Source: a virus. Taken from it: DNA of 64,000 bases. Where the stretch lies: the IMG/VR virus record IMGVR_UViG_3300025133_000060, positions 1 through 64,000 of that record. The stretch is one strand, 5' to 3'. Below are positions 1 to 9,869 of the stretch, piece after piece. Every line of letters begins with the position of its first letter. Position 1 is the first letter of the stretch. Made by a program: the position numbers and the translations under genes. The notes under the pieces were generated by a model. The model made no database searches and was not told the DNA's origin. It worked only from the letters and a program-made list of their open reading frames with translations.

Positions 1-522
1 TGCGCCGGTGGCTCCGGTGGCTCCATCCGTTCCATCTGTGCCATCGGCTCCATCTGCTCCCGCCGCACCAGTAGCCCCTGTTGCTCCCGTTGCTCCCGTT
101 GCTCCGGCTTCGCCTTGAATGCCTTGACTACCTGTCGCACCTGTCGCTCCATCTGCACCAGCCGAGCCGGTCGCACCAGTAGCACCTGTCGCTCCCGCAT
201 TCCCTCTTGGAATCGTGAACGACAAAGCGTTGTCCGATATTGACACACTCGCCGATGTTCCCGCCGCACCCGTTGTTGTTGTGCCGACAGACACAGAATT
301 GCTGGAACCTGTCGTTGTTGTTGTCGATGTTATCGAACCAAATATGCGCTCACTCTTGACATCGCTTGGGACTTCACCCAGAACAGAAGGCAACCCGCCA
401 GATAATTCTTGAACGATAGCGGCCAATTGTGGATAGGTCATACTTTGTCGAACTCGACTATTGTATTCATTCGGATAATTGGCCTTGAGCCACGCTCGGA
501 TTTGCACATCTCGGCTTGCCAT
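1..522 (-). CDS. Collagen-like (Gly-X-Y) repeat protein, probable tail/head fibre; runs off the left edge
   Basis: Not in the ORF track. Manual translation from ATG 522: [17 protein letters not shown]...[19 protein letters not shown]...LSFTIPRG, then continuous GAT/GAD/GTD triplets to position 1. Confidence 0.85.
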   Translation of the reverse strand, partial: MASRDVQIRAWLKANYPNEYNSRVRQSMTYPQLAAIVQELSGGLPSVLGEVPSDVKSERIFGSITSTTTTTGSSNSVSVGTTTTGAAGTSASVSISDNALSFTIPRGNAGATGATGATGSAGADGATGATGSQGIQGEAGATGATGATGATGAAGADGADGTDGTDGATGATGA

Positions 523-594
523 TAGTAATCATCTCCAAGTATTGATATATCGAAACATTGATAGACTCCCCTCTCATCCGTCATGGGCGGCGAG

Positions 595-882
595 TCAGTT
601 CACACCCCAAACCTCCCAGCATTCGCCGGTGGTGTCGTTCTTGAATCGGAGATATGGAATGTCGGGATTGTCGTTAATCGGCATCACCGGACTAATCAAT
701 TTGAATATGAAATCAATCGGGTCAGGGCAACCTGCGCCCTTCATGTTGTATGTGTCGCCGGACTTCGATGTGATAGTCCAGTCATCTCCATTCTCGACCA
801 TTCGAGCAACGACTTTCATTCCCTTCTCATAGCCAATAAGTTCAGTCGAACCATCCCCAAGAGAGTGAACCCATACCATCAT
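595..882 (-). CDS. Hypothetical protein
   Basis: 95 aa ORF; start overlaps the stop of the upstream gene. Confidence 0.6.
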   Translation of the reverse strand: MMVWVHSLGDGSTELIGYEKGMKVVARMVENGDDWTITSKSGDTYNMKGAGCPDPIDFIFKLISPVMPINDNPDIPYLRFKNDTTGECWEVWGVN

Positions 883-1280
883 TCGCCATCACCTTCGAAC
901 GAATCATCAATCTCGCCATCTCCATATTGAGATAGGAATGATTCACCAAAAGCGGCGGTCGGGTCGAACACCAAATCCGAGTTCTCGTCAAAATCCAGAA
1001 CAATCACATCTCTATCGGTCTCGATAGCGCACACATGAGTGAACATCGCTTCAATCATTTGGAGAGGATTGTATTGACAGCCTGCGCCAAGTCGAACTCG
1101 ACCTGACCCTTTTGTGTCGGGGAATCTGAAATCCCAATGAAGTGGGTGAATGGCAACGATGCAATCTGGGGTTGCACCCTTCTGATTCGAGATGGCTTCG
1201 GATTCTTTGAATCCCCACATCTCCATGCCGTTCTTGCCAGCAACGACCCAATGCAATATCGGTGAGTTCAACAAGTCCAT
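879..1280 (-). CDS. Hypothetical protein with acidic C-terminus
   Basis: 133 aa ORF in an operon-like minus-strand run. Confidence 0.65.
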   Translation of the reverse strand: MDLLNSPILHWVVAGKNGMEMWGFKESEAISNQKGATPDCIVAIHPLHWDFRFPDTKGSGRVRLGAGCQYNPLQMIEAMFTHVCAIETDRDVIVLDFDENSDLVFDPTAAFGESFLSQYGDGEIDDSFEGDGE

Positions 1281-1293
1281 ACCCCCATCTGTA

Positions 1294-1542
1294 TCAAGCG
1301 GGGTTCTTCACGGTGTCCCTCAATTTCATCACGGCCTGTCTGCAACGAGCGCAGACCGATGTTGCTCGACTCATGTCGGCTAATGAAAGAATCTCTTCGA
1401 CCCATACGCCATCATGCACGATTGCGTTGTCTGTGCTTCGCCCACACACCGTCTTTGGGTTGATACCCGCCATGATGTGCAATCGCCCTGTGGAGCCGCC
1501 AGTAGCCACACTCACGAGCGTGAGGGGTTGGCGGCTTTCCAT
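1294..1542 (-). CDS. Small putative Zn-binding protein
   Basis: LHI...CGR...CARC motif; likely start MESRQ near the upstream stop. Confidence 0.55.
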   Translation of the reverse strand: MESRQPLTLVSVATGGSTGRLHIMAGINPKTVCGRSTDNAIVHDGVWVEEILSLADMSRATSVCARCRQAVMKLRDTVKNPA

Positions 1543-1715
1543 TTTCCCGATTCTTCGGTTATCACCTGTTGGACATTGATAGCAATCGGGTTGGTCTTGC
1601 GTTGTTTGCATTCATCATAGGCGGCTCGGAGTGCTTCGCCCACATTACCTTCGGTGGTGAGGTCAACGCATCCTTGTGAGCCCATATCGACCCGTATTCG
1701 GAACTTCTTCGGCAT
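1512..1715 (-). CDS. Hypothetical protein
   Basis: ATG 30 nt after class II promoter TTGATAAGGGTGGGG (1731-1745). Confidence 0.65.
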   Translation of the reverse strand: MPKKFRIRVDMGSQGCVDLTTEGNVGEALRAAYDECKQRKTNPIAINVQQVITEESGKWKAANPSRS

Positions 1716-1772
1716 GAATCACCATCGACACCCCACCCTTATCAAAGGGCAGGATTAGGCTAATGGTGGGCT

Positions 1773-2105
1773 TCAAAAAGTTCGTGGGTCCACGCCAACC
1801 ATAACGACTTCTTGGTTGACAACATCATAGACCATCATCTCGATTGTTCGATAGCCCCACCATGTTGTGGTGTTGCCGTTCATGAAAGCGAGTGTGTCTT
1901 GGATGGTCTTGGATGATAGTGAAGCGATTGCTTGCGAGCAGACGATTTGCTCGCCATCCTCTTTGCCAGCGGAGTTCGCATGGTCGAACTTCTCTTGGTC
2001 AGCGATGACCATGACACGAGCGACTCGGTATTGCTTCGGCGACTTGGATTTGTTGGCTTGCTTAATCATCAGGTTTCGGTTGATATTCACCATTTGAATC
2101 ACCAC
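1773..2105 (-). CDS. Hypothetical protein
   Basis: 110 aa ORF coupled to the upstream cassette gene. Confidence 0.6.
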   Translation of the reverse strand: MVIQMVNINRNLMIKQANKSKSPKQYRVARVMVIADQEKFDHANSAGKEDGEQIVCSQAIASLSSKTIQDTLAFMNGNTTTWWGYRTIEMMVYDVVNQEVVMVGVDPRTF

Positions 2106-2443
2106 CTCACATAGCGAACTGTGGTCTTGACTTTGGTGTGTCGCTCAAATTGTGAGATGACATTAGAGAAGTGGCGGTCATGAAGTGTTGCGTGGCGGTC
2201 GTGTATTTTGCATCCAGTCTTAGTCAAGGATAGTGTGCAACGACCATCATCACCGGCTTGTATGTTGGCGGCTTTGTATGCGACCAGTATATTTGCATCG
2301 TGGGCGGGGATTGAATCGGGTCCACTCCCAATCGTGGCTCCGAATGAACCCGCATAATTACCCATGCGATTGTGGATAATTTGTGCGACCATGTGTTTTC
2401 GTTCTGCTGTGCGTTGTGCTCCGGTGGTTCGTTGTGCGACCAT
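2099..2443 (-). CDS. Hypothetical protein (class I promoter cassette)
   Basis: Start MVAQR lies 29 nt after the TTCATA of the CATTGATATTCCGAA..TTCATA motif. Confidence 0.65.
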   Translation of the reverse strand: MVAQRTTGAQRTAERKHMVAQIIHNRMGNYAGSFGATIGSGPDSIPAHDANILVAYKAANIQAGDDGRCTLSLTKTGCKIHDRHATLHDRHFSNVISQFERHTKVKTTVRYVRW

Positions 2444-2687
2444 GAACATCGGTGGAGGTTCACCCTTATGAAGTGTTCGGAATATCAATGTGATAAAATA
2501 TCAATGGAAAAGTCTGTCAAGGTTGACACCAATTCCGAACTGCGAACGGTGAGACGGTTTGGGATATTGAGTTCGATATGCAACACCAGAAGATTGGAAC
2601 TCGGATTTGAACCAGATGCAGATTCCAGATTTGTTCAATAACCAAACCATCGCCACCGTGAAAACCCGCCTTGAGGAATCCGATGTC

Positions 2688-2906
2688 ATGGCTGAAATGT
2701 GTGTATCAACCGACTTGGTTGATGAAGGCTTGATGTGCGCCGGTGGCGAGGTCTTGTTGGCGGCTATCGCCATCGAATGTCTGTTCTATGTATTCTTATT
2801 CATGGGCGGATGGACTCTTCTCCAACGATTCTTTAGACGAAAAGCCCGACTTGAAAGAATGAAAGCAAAAGCAAAGTCGGAGAAGTGGATTCCACACAAG
2901 AAGTGA
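2688..2906 (+). CDS. Small single-pass membrane protein with basic C-tail
   Basis: Hydrophobic stretch VLLAAIAIECLFYVFLFMGGW followed by RRKARLERMKAKAK; class III-like promoter GTGAAAACCC 29 nt upstream. Confidence 0.6.
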   Translation: MAEMCVSTDLVDEGLMCAGGEVLLAAIAIECLFYVFLFMGGWTLLQRFFRRKARLERMKAKAKSEKWIPHKK

Positions 2907-2907
2907 A

Positions 2908-3192
2908 TCATTCAATCCAAGCATCTGGCGTATCTCGAACTGGAATCTCTTCGACCCATGTGCGAGTCTTGACAACCACTTCTTCATACTCTTCGTGGCG
3001 AATCACATCATTCCAACCGACTCGGACCCACGACCCTTTGAAGAATCTGACCAATGGCACATCGCATGATATACAATAATGTTCATCAAGTCCTGTTGCT
3101 TTGTCGACTCGTGAGCCGATGTTGTTGAAAGTCTTGTAGTCCGAACACGATTCATTCCTGCAAGTCCAGCACACAGAACTCACTTCACTCAT
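2908..3192 (-). CDS. Zn-finger-like protein
   Basis: CWTC...CISC; ATG overlaps the upstream stop. Confidence 0.6.
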   Translation of the reverse strand: MSEVSSVCWTCRNESCSDYKTFNNIGSRVDKATGLDEHYCISCDVPLVRFFKGSWVRVGWNDVIRHEEYEEVVVKTRTWVEEIPVRDTPDAWIE

Positions 3193-3670
3193 CCGTTGTT
3201 GGCAATCCATTGGCTTCGATGTCGGCACGAATCAATGATTCAACGGCTCGACCTGCGGCCACGCCTTTGGCTTTCCAAGCCTTGATGTAGTCAACACAAT
3301 CCTCTGGCAGATTGACGGTGATTTGTTTGAGATTCTTTTTGGGTTTGCTCACGACACCGGCGGCGGCTTCGGCTTCGGCCAATGTCATCTCGGTCGTGAA
3401 TCCAATTCGGAATCTGGCGTTGCCATGATGTGAAGTTCCATTCCTGCTCAAGACAACGGCATCGACACCATCAACCACTCTTGCCACTTGCTTCAAGACA
3501 AATGCCAATTGGCGTGGGGTCTTTCGATGATTCTCTGGGAGTGTTGGGTCGGCGTTGACTCGTTCGGCCAATTGTGCCGATGTCATCGGACCCATCGACT
3601 TTGTGTCAACAAGTGTGGTCAATATACTTCGCATCAAGGGTTTGGGGATTCTTTTAGTCATAGTGTTCAT
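3185..3670 (-). CDS. Putative transcription regulator (wHTH-like N-terminus, ribbon-helix-helix C-terminus)
   Basis: PMTSAQLAERV helix; C-terminal KQITVNLPEDCVDYI...AVESLIRADI fits the RHH pattern. Confidence 0.55.
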   Translation of the reverse strand: MNTMTKRIPKPLMRSILTTLVDTKSMGPMTSAQLAERVNADPTLPENHRKTPRQLAFVLKQVARVVDGVDAVVLSRNGTSHHGNARFRIGFTTEMTLAEAEAAAGVVSKPKKNLKQITVNLPEDCVDYIKAWKAKGVAAGRAVESLIRADIEANGLPTTDE

Positions 3671-3671
3671 C

Positions 3672-5063
3672 TCATTCGGGGTCTCCCACCCTCTTAACGG
3701 CTTCGGCTGGAGCCTGTATCAAGTGGTGGAATGTGATTGCTTTGGCGGCTTTACAATGAGGACAAGTAGCCTCTGATATTTTGTTATCGGCTTTCATTTT
3801 GATAAGAACTCGACCGTTGCACGAACGGCATCGAATCTCATCGTGATAGTGGGCTGGGAATGGTGAGGCTCGGTCAATCACCAACACCCCTCGCTTGTCT
3901 TTCCAAGCAGGGATGAACTGGTCGGCGGTTGATTCACTCACATCTCCGATTGCAGCGGCTTGAGTGTTGCTCATCATAATCGAGAGTGCGGTGTAGTGGT
4001 TCAACGCATCGGCTTTTGTTGGATGGATGAATGAACGAATTGAATTGACTTCATGGTGTCCATACATTCGCTCCACACATACAAAACCAACATCACCGAA
4101 TCTCCACACATCATCAGTTCGGATATTCCACAATTCACTATCAGCGGTGATGACCAGCGGTTCAATTGGGGAATGACTTGAGGTCATTACTGCATCCAAA
4201 ACGAAGCCAGAGCCATTCCATCGCTCGATAGGAACAACGAGAATATCACCCCGTTGACAACCGGCTACATTAGCATGGGTGTATGCGAGAAGAATGTTTG
4301 AACTCAACGCATCCATACAACGGTTCGGGTCAGTATCGCTCGCACCTGACGGTTGGAACAATCGACAATAGGCGGTCTGGTCGGGGAATGATGTCTCTTG
4401 GTGTGTGCCGATAACTTGGAGAACTGTGAATGGAACATTGTCAATTGAGTCCACTTCTTCGGCATCCTTGAGGTGATTATCCCACTCCACTCCAATGCGC
4501 TCCCAGATGAGTGGCATTGTGTTCTGGACTTGTAATGGAGAACCATTGGTGCCTGCTGTGCTCCCTTTGGGGAGTTCATGTGGAATCTGTCGCAAATCAT
4601 CTCGGTATTGGCCACGCCAGTTCCCCATCAATCCAAACAAATGGTCGTGGGGTTGACGGGCATCGGCGATTGGCTTTCGCACCATGTTCGACTTGAGTTC
4701 AACGACCGACTTGAATCCGGTGTTCAGATTGTCAATGGAGATGGCAGAAGCCCAATCGTTGGGCATGACTTCAAGCCAATAAGGACTGTCAATAACTGAT
4801 GTCATTGTATCTGGACAATGGATGCGAGCATCGGTGGTGCGAGGATTGTCGAAGGTTGTATATGGATAATCTATGCGCCGACTATCTCGCCAGTCTTTGG
4901 GTTGTCCACGAGGCATGATGCTTCGACCTGTGTGTTGAGTCAGCATATGTGGTTCCGCATCATCGAGTTCCCCCCACACAAGACCCAAGTTCAAGCCACT
5001 TGAACCCCATAGCGAATAACTCGCATTGGTGGAATCATAGGCATCATGGACTTTGACTTTCAT
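3672..5063 (-). CDS. Hypothetical protein with C-terminal Zn ribbon
   Basis: 463 aa; CRSC...CPHC near the C-terminus. Confidence 0.75.
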   Translation of the reverse strand: MKVKVHDAYDSTNASYSLWGSSGLNLGLVWGELDDAEPHMLTQHTGRSIMPRGQPKDWRDSRRIDYPYTTFDNPRTTDARIHCPDTMTSVIDSPYWLEVMPNDWASAISIDNLNTGFKSVVELKSNMVRKPIADARQPHDHLFGLMGNWRGQYRDDLRQIPHELPKGSTAGTNGSPLQVQNTMPLIWERIGVEWDNHLKDAEEVDSIDNVPFTVLQVIGTHQETSFPDQTAYCRLFQPSGASDTDPNRCMDALSSNILLAYTHANVAGCQRGDILVVPIERWNGSGFVLDAVMTSSHSPIEPLVITADSELWNIRTDDVWRFGDVGFVCVERMYGHHEVNSIRSFIHPTKADALNHYTALSIMMSNTQAAAIGDVSESTADQFIPAWKDKRGVLVIDRASPFPAHYHDEIRCRSCNGRVLIKMKADNKISEATCPHCKAAKAITFHHLIQAPAEAVKRVGDPE

Positions 5064-5072
5064 TGTAATCCC

Positions 5073-7346
5073 TCAATTGCTCTTGACGGTGCGAACCATC
5101 TTGCGGATGATTGGCATGGACTCACGAACCAAGTCGTTGGAGTCGTTGACACAAACGGCATTGTCATAGTATGTGCTGGTGTCCATTCCATCAATTCCAA
5201 CGGAGAACAATCCAATGTCTTTGTTGGCGTTTGCGACAACCGCACGAAGGTGTTGGTCGGTGTTCATCGTTGGTGGGCTTGGACCCGCTGGTTGGCCATC
5301 AGAGATGACGAATAGCATACGGTTGCCCTTCATTGGTTGAAGGCGGTGCAAGCACCACTCAACCGCATATCCATCGGCATTGTTGCCACCGGCGGTTGGA
5401 GTGCGGATAGCGGCTTTTGTGATTTGATTCAATGGTGCGGTCATTCCCTTGCGGATTCTCATGGCGGTTTTGTTGCCATGAGAAGCGAAGTCGACAATCT
5501 CGCAACCAAAGTTCAAGCGGTCGAATACTTCTGCAAAGACGCAAGCGGTTTGTGCCGCCTTCTCGCAACGAGTTCCGCCCATTGACCCAGATGAGTCGAT
5601 GAGGATGATGATGTTTGCTTCGGCCTTCTTTGGTTCGGTCTTTTTCATGAATAGTCTCTCGTTGGTTCTGTGGAAAGCCAAGCGGCGTGAGTCAAGCGCA
5701 CCACGCTTTAGTCCTCGCTCGTGCTTGCTATTGTCGCCCTTGAGAGTGCGCTTGAGTTCGTTGACCATTGTTATGATTTGCGCCTTGTTCTCGCCGACAA
5801 CATCGTTGTATGCTTCGGCGGTCGACTGAATATCGACAGCCCCTCTCTCAATGAATGAATCGGTTGTGTGGGAGATGATGCACTCGTGGCCACCATCATC
5901 GAACTGTGTTGGGAATACTTCATCGGGTGAATCCATTGGAGTCTTTGAGTCTTTGATGTCATTCTCAAAGTCGTGCTTGATGTCTCGTGCATCCTGTTCT
6001 TCGGCATCCATTACCGCTTGAACTTCAGCCCACATCTCATCAAAGTCGATGTCATTGGTTGCCATGCCTCTATCGCCACCTGCACCCATGTCATCGGATT
6101 CGCCTTCGTGGTTCTCATCCTCGCCATCGCCATCGTTGAACTCCCAGACGGTCTCGCCATCTGCGCCTTCACAGGAATCGCCATCGGAGTCGCCTTCGCC
6201 TTCTCCTTCGCCCATACCGGACTCATCGGAATCGGAATCGCCAGCACCAGATTCGCCACCGTCTTGGTCGCCATCCTCGCCTTCTCCATCGGACCCTTCG
6301 CCGTTGCCGGAGTCGCCTTCATCGGAATCATCCGATTCTTGGCCAGTTCCAGCCTCGTCAGAGCCATCGTTTGCTCCAGAGGATGAATCATCCCCCTCAT
6401 CACATTCTTCGCCGTCAGATGACTCCTTTTGCTCACGAACCTTCTTGGCCTTTTCAGCGAGTTCATCCAGTTTTTTCTTCAAGTCTTGGAATCTTTGGCG
6501 GTTGACTTCTTCGGGTTTTGCATCCTTCTCGGTTTGCTTCTGTGCCATCTTTTCAATCTCTTCTGGGCTCATGTCATCGGTCATTACACCTTCTGCATCA
6601 TCGCCTTGTGGCATACCGAATGTGTCGGAATCCTCGTTCGCATCCTCTGGAAAGTGAGTGCGGAATACTTTGAGCATTCTCTTTGCTTGCCTGATGACTG
6701 ACTTGGTGTTTGGTTGACCAATCGCAGTAGCGCAGATTGGGCGAACCTCATCCATGTAGTCGCATACTGCTGGAACATGGTTGAAGAAGTGAGGCTTTTG
6801 TGCAATTGCTTCGGTCATCATGGCAATCATAGCGGCTTGGCGAGGATTGACTTCATCGGCGGGTTTGCCGTTCCAGTTATCCTCATGACGCTTCATGAAA
6901 ATTGCTTGGGTTGCATCCAGTCTTTTACCCGACCCAGCGAAGTCCTGTGAGAGCAAGTGGTTGACTCTTGCATCCTCAAGAATGTTCACGAAGTCATGGA
7001 GTAGTCTATCCTCATGCCCTCTCTTGATTTCATCGCCAATAACTTTCCATGCTTTGAAATCGGTGTATCGGAGATGACCGGCGGCTTCGTGAGCGAGGAT
7101 TGCTTCTTGAGCGATGTGGTTCACCTTATCATCCTCGTGAACTCTCATTGGAATCCAGACGGTCTCTCCATCTGTGCAAGCACGACCCTGTGGGCAGATA
7201 ACGACTCGCTTGACGGGTGTTCCGACATTCTCAAGTTCACCAGATAAGACGGTGGCTATCTTGTTAAGTGTGCGATTGCGAGCCTGTGCGATATAACTTC
7301 GCTCGACTCGACTGACCTGTATTCCGGTGTTGGGGCTGTCTGCCAT
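5073..7346 (-). CDS. CobT-like VWA domain protein (partner of the MoxR AAA+ ATPase)
   Basis: N-terminal HEAAGH and NILEDARV motifs, long acidic D/E/G/S linker, C-terminal MIDAS DSSGSMG...ISDGQP. Confidence 0.9.
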   Translation of the reverse strand: MADSPNTGIQVSRVERSYIAQARNRTLNKIATVLSGELENVGTPVKRVVICPQGRACTDGETVWIPMRVHEDDKVNHIAQEAILAHEAAGHLRYTDFKAWKVIGDEIKRGHEDRLLHDFVNILEDARVNHLLSQDFAGSGKRLDATQAIFMKRHEDNWNGKPADEVNPRQAAMIAMMTEAIAQKPHFFNHVPAVCDYMDEVRPICATAIGQPNTKSVIRQAKRMLKVFRTHFPEDANEDSDTFGMPQGDDAEGVMTDDMSPEEIEKMAQKQTEKDAKPEEVNRQRFQDLKKKLDELAEKAKKVREQKESSDGEECDEGDDSSSGANDGSDEAGTGQESDDSDEGDSGNGEGSDGEGEDGDQDGGESGAGDSDSDESGMGEGEGEGDSDGDSCEGADGETVWEFNDGDGEDENHEGESDDMGAGGDRGMATNDIDFDEMWAEVQAVMDAEEQDARDIKHDFENDIKDSKTPMDSPDEVFPTQFDDGGHECIISHTTDSFIERGAVDIQSTAEAYNDVVGENKAQIITMVNELKRTLKGDNSKHERGLKRGALDSRRLAFHRTNERLFMKKTEPKKAEANIIILIDSSGSMGGTRCEKAAQTACVFAEVFDRLNFGCEIVDFASHGNKTAMRIRKGMTAPLNQITKAAIRTPTAGGNNADGYAVEWCLHRLQPMKGNRMLFVISDGQPAGPSPPTMNTDQHLRAVVANANKDIGLFSVGIDGMDTSTYYDNAVCVNDSNDLVRESMPIIRKMVRTVKSN

Positions 7347-7419
7347 GTCTTATCCCACACCAGCATCACATATAAGCACTTCGACTTATGGTGTTCAAGT
7401 AGTATGATTGTTGAACCAT

Positions 7420-8304
7420 TCATATTCGCCGAACTGACCCTCGAATATCACGCCTTCGGAATGGCGGCTTCAATTGCTCTGTGGCTCTAAGGGTCGTCAG
7501 ATAGGCCATAGACACCGTTGAGAGTCCTTCGACACCCCAAGCAAGGGAATGAAGCCTCATCGCTTCACAGACGCTCTCTGATGACGCACAGTTCCATTCT
7601 GCGGCTTGTATCACACTCAAGGGATGAGAGGACACCCCACACTCGTGAGGATGCTCACCACGAAGGATGGTGGCTATCTCGTGAAATCCCGTTCGGGTGC
7701 GATGGGTTGCTTCGACTTCGTTGTCGACCCAATCGGTCGGAGTGGTCTTGAGCAGGAACATCGCACTTCTCCACGATGATGAGTTTTCAGCAATCCATCG
7801 AATCCGAACTGGGTCGACATCTGGACTTATCGAACTCAATAATGCCACCAAGTCATTTGAACTTGGTTGTGGAATCTCGTGAGTCAATCCAGATTTGCGA
7901 TACGCCCAACCGACTTCGGATTCAGATTGAGCGATGATGATAAGTGGGAATGCTTTGGACTTGATGGCGGAATCGAATGCTCGCCATGCTGACTTGGAGA
8001 TTGCACCAGCATCCTCGACAATGAGGCATCTCGGTTCACCAAAGAATGTCGGCATCCGAGCCTCGCTGAACACTCGATTGAAATGCTTGACATCTCGGTC
8101 GGCATCTGCATGACTCTCGATGATGTCGAATCCAGCCTCGTGAGCATACGCTCTGGCGACTGTTGACTTGCCAACACCGGAATCACCCACTATCACCAAA
8201 GGATAGACTGACGGTGTTCCATAGCCCCAAGAATCAAGCCATGACTTGATGGGTGCGAAGTTCCTGCGGGGTCCAAATAGTTCTGCGGGAGTTAAATCAT
8301 CCAT
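7420..8304 (-). CDS. Clamp loader, RFC large-subunit-like AAA+ protein
   Basis: Walker A GDSGVGKS, A..AGFDIIESHAD, LIVED; start MDDLTP overlaps the stop of 8297-8476. Confidence 0.7.
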   Translation of the reverse strand: MDDLTPAELFGPRRNFAPIKSWLDSWGYGTPSVYPLVIVGDSGVGKSTVARAYAHEAGFDIIESHADADRDVKHFNRVFSEARMPTFFGEPRCLIVEDAGAISKSAWRAFDSAIKSKAFPLIIIAQSESEVGWAYRKSGLTHEIPQPSSNDLVALLSSISPDVDPVRIRWIAENSSSWRSAMFLLKTTPTDWVDNEVEATHRTRTGFHEIATILRGEHPHECGVSSHPLSVIQAAEWNCASSESVCEAMRLHSLAWGVEGLSTVSMAYLTTLRATEQLKPPFRRRDIRGSVRRI

Positions 8305-8476
8305 GTCGCTCGCCCTTGAAATTATCCAATCGGACTTGGGCTGGGTCGAATGAACGAGGTCGGATTGTATCTGCGAAGTTATCCAGTAATCGGCGCAACC
8401 GAACGACTTCGGTTTCAAGGTCATTCACTCGCTTCTCAAGCGCATCTGTGCGTTGGGTATTCTGGTCTGTGGTCAT
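8297..8476 (-). CDS. Small coiled-coil protein (59 aa, below ORF-track cutoff)
   Basis: MTTDQNTQRTDALEKRVNDLETEVVRLRRLLD...; class II promoter 31 nt upstream; stop overlaps the next ATG. Confidence 0.65.
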   Translation of the reverse strand: MTTDQNTQRTDALEKRVNDLETEVVRLRRLLDNFADTIRPRSFDPAQVRLDNFKGERHG

Positions 8477-8587
8477 AGATGTTGGTGGTGAACCCCACCA
8501 TTATGAAGTGCAAGGTGGGATGGGGAGTGAGATATGGGAGATACCTCGTGCATACTCCCCACCCCGTTTGCACGAGGCTTGTGAGTT

Positions 8588-9763
8588 TCAGTAGTCGCTC
8601 AAGCGAGCCCTTGCGGCGGTCTTGATGACATCGACTTCATGGGGTTGGTATCGACCAATCATCACATACTCGACAATCTCGGTCATATTCAAATCCTCTG
8701 ATGCTGACATCATATCCACAAGCATTCTTGTTGATGTGTCGGACTCAAGGTCGTGAGCATTCTTCAAGCGGCGAAGGTCGTTGGCTAATTGCACGAACTG
8801 GCGAGAGAGGGATGGGTTTTGCACACCGCTCTGTTCTTGAATAACTCTCATCTCCGAACCTTCGGGCAAGTAGCCACATTCAAGTGCCATACCGAATCTG
8901 TCGAGGGTTGCTTGGTTGAGGTCTTGGCCACCGGAGTAGCCTTCGATTGGGTTCATGGTTGCGAATGTTCTGAAATCCTCATGAGCGACAATGACTTCAT
9001 TGTTGTTCTGTGGAATCATCAAGCGACCGGAGTCGCCAACGGCGTTCCATGCGGTCATAATCTCTGGGCGAGCATGGCGGAACTCATCGAAGATGAGGAT
9101 GCAACCTTCACGCATAGCGGTTGGGAGGACACCATCAATCCAAACGATTTTACCGTCAACGAGTGTGTTGTAGCCAATGAATGACTCTTCGGTGAATCCT
9201 TCTGAACAGTTAATGCGAATGACTGGAATACCGACTTCTGATGCCCATGCAAGGACTCCCATTGTTTTACCGCATCCTTTGGGTCCGTTCAAGGACACAT
9301 TGAAATTGCGCTTGAATGCGATGGATAGTAATCGCATCTCGTTCTTTTCGCTCTCAACATAGCCAAGTGTTCCGGCTTTGTGAATGTAGGCTTGAGCCGC
9401 ATCGGTGTATTCATCGGATTGTCGGCGGCGGATTCCGTAATAGAATCCATCATCGGTTGTCTGTGGTGTAGTGGTGTTCGGCGACACATTGGTTGTGGCA
9501 TTCATTCCACCAACGGCGTTTCCAGCAAGAAGTGATTCGACCAGAACCTTAGTCCATACATATTTGTCTTTACCAATCGTCATGCGAGTGATTCCCGCTG
9601 ATTCCATTCTTGCGGAATTGAACGCATTGGACTTTAGTGAAGTGATAGATGTTGAACCACCCTCACTCTCAATCAGTTCCAATACTGCGTTCAGATACGC
9701 ATCTTCTGTCATTTGTCCACCGTTGAGTTCAACGGCATCTCTCATATTCTCTATTAGTCCCAT
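8588..9763 (-). CDS. MoxR/CbbQ/CobS-type AAA+ ATPase
   Basis: GPKGCGKT, WIDGVL..AMREG.ILIFDE, FATMNP, LNQATLDRF, STRML. Confidence 0.92.
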   Translation of the reverse strand: MGLIENMRDAVELNGGQMTEDAYLNAVLELIESEGGSTSITSLKSNAFNSARMESAGITRMTIGKDKYVWTKVLVESLLAGNAVGGMNATTNVSPNTTTPQTTDDGFYYGIRRRQSDEYTDAAQAYIHKAGTLGYVESEKNEMRLLSIAFKRNFNVSLNGPKGCGKTMGVLAWASEVGIPVIRINCSEGFTEESFIGYNTLVDGKIVWIDGVLPTAMREGCILIFDEFRHARPEIMTAWNAVGDSGRLMIPQNNNEVIVAHEDFRTFATMNPIEGYSGGQDLNQATLDRFGMALECGYLPEGSEMRVIQEQSGVQNPSLSRQFVQLANDLRRLKNAHDLESDTSTRMLVDMMSASEDLNMTEIVEYVMIGRYQPHEVDVIKTAARARLSDY

Positions 9764-9869
9764 GTTTTCATATCTCCTTTTTTTGGTTATGGCGGGTTAT
9801 CTCGTGCCGCACTAATCTATCCGAAGTCGGAATCTGATATAAGCCTTTCCACTTAGAGAACTAAAGTAT

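Noticed and set aside
1-200. 9-bp periodic repeats
   Set aside because: Explained by Gly-X-Y collagen codons
6049-6657. Long Ser/Pro-rich plus-strand ORF (and similar ORFs at 22753, 58851, 62748)
   Set aside because: Antisense shadows of acidic low-complexity regions in minus-strand genes
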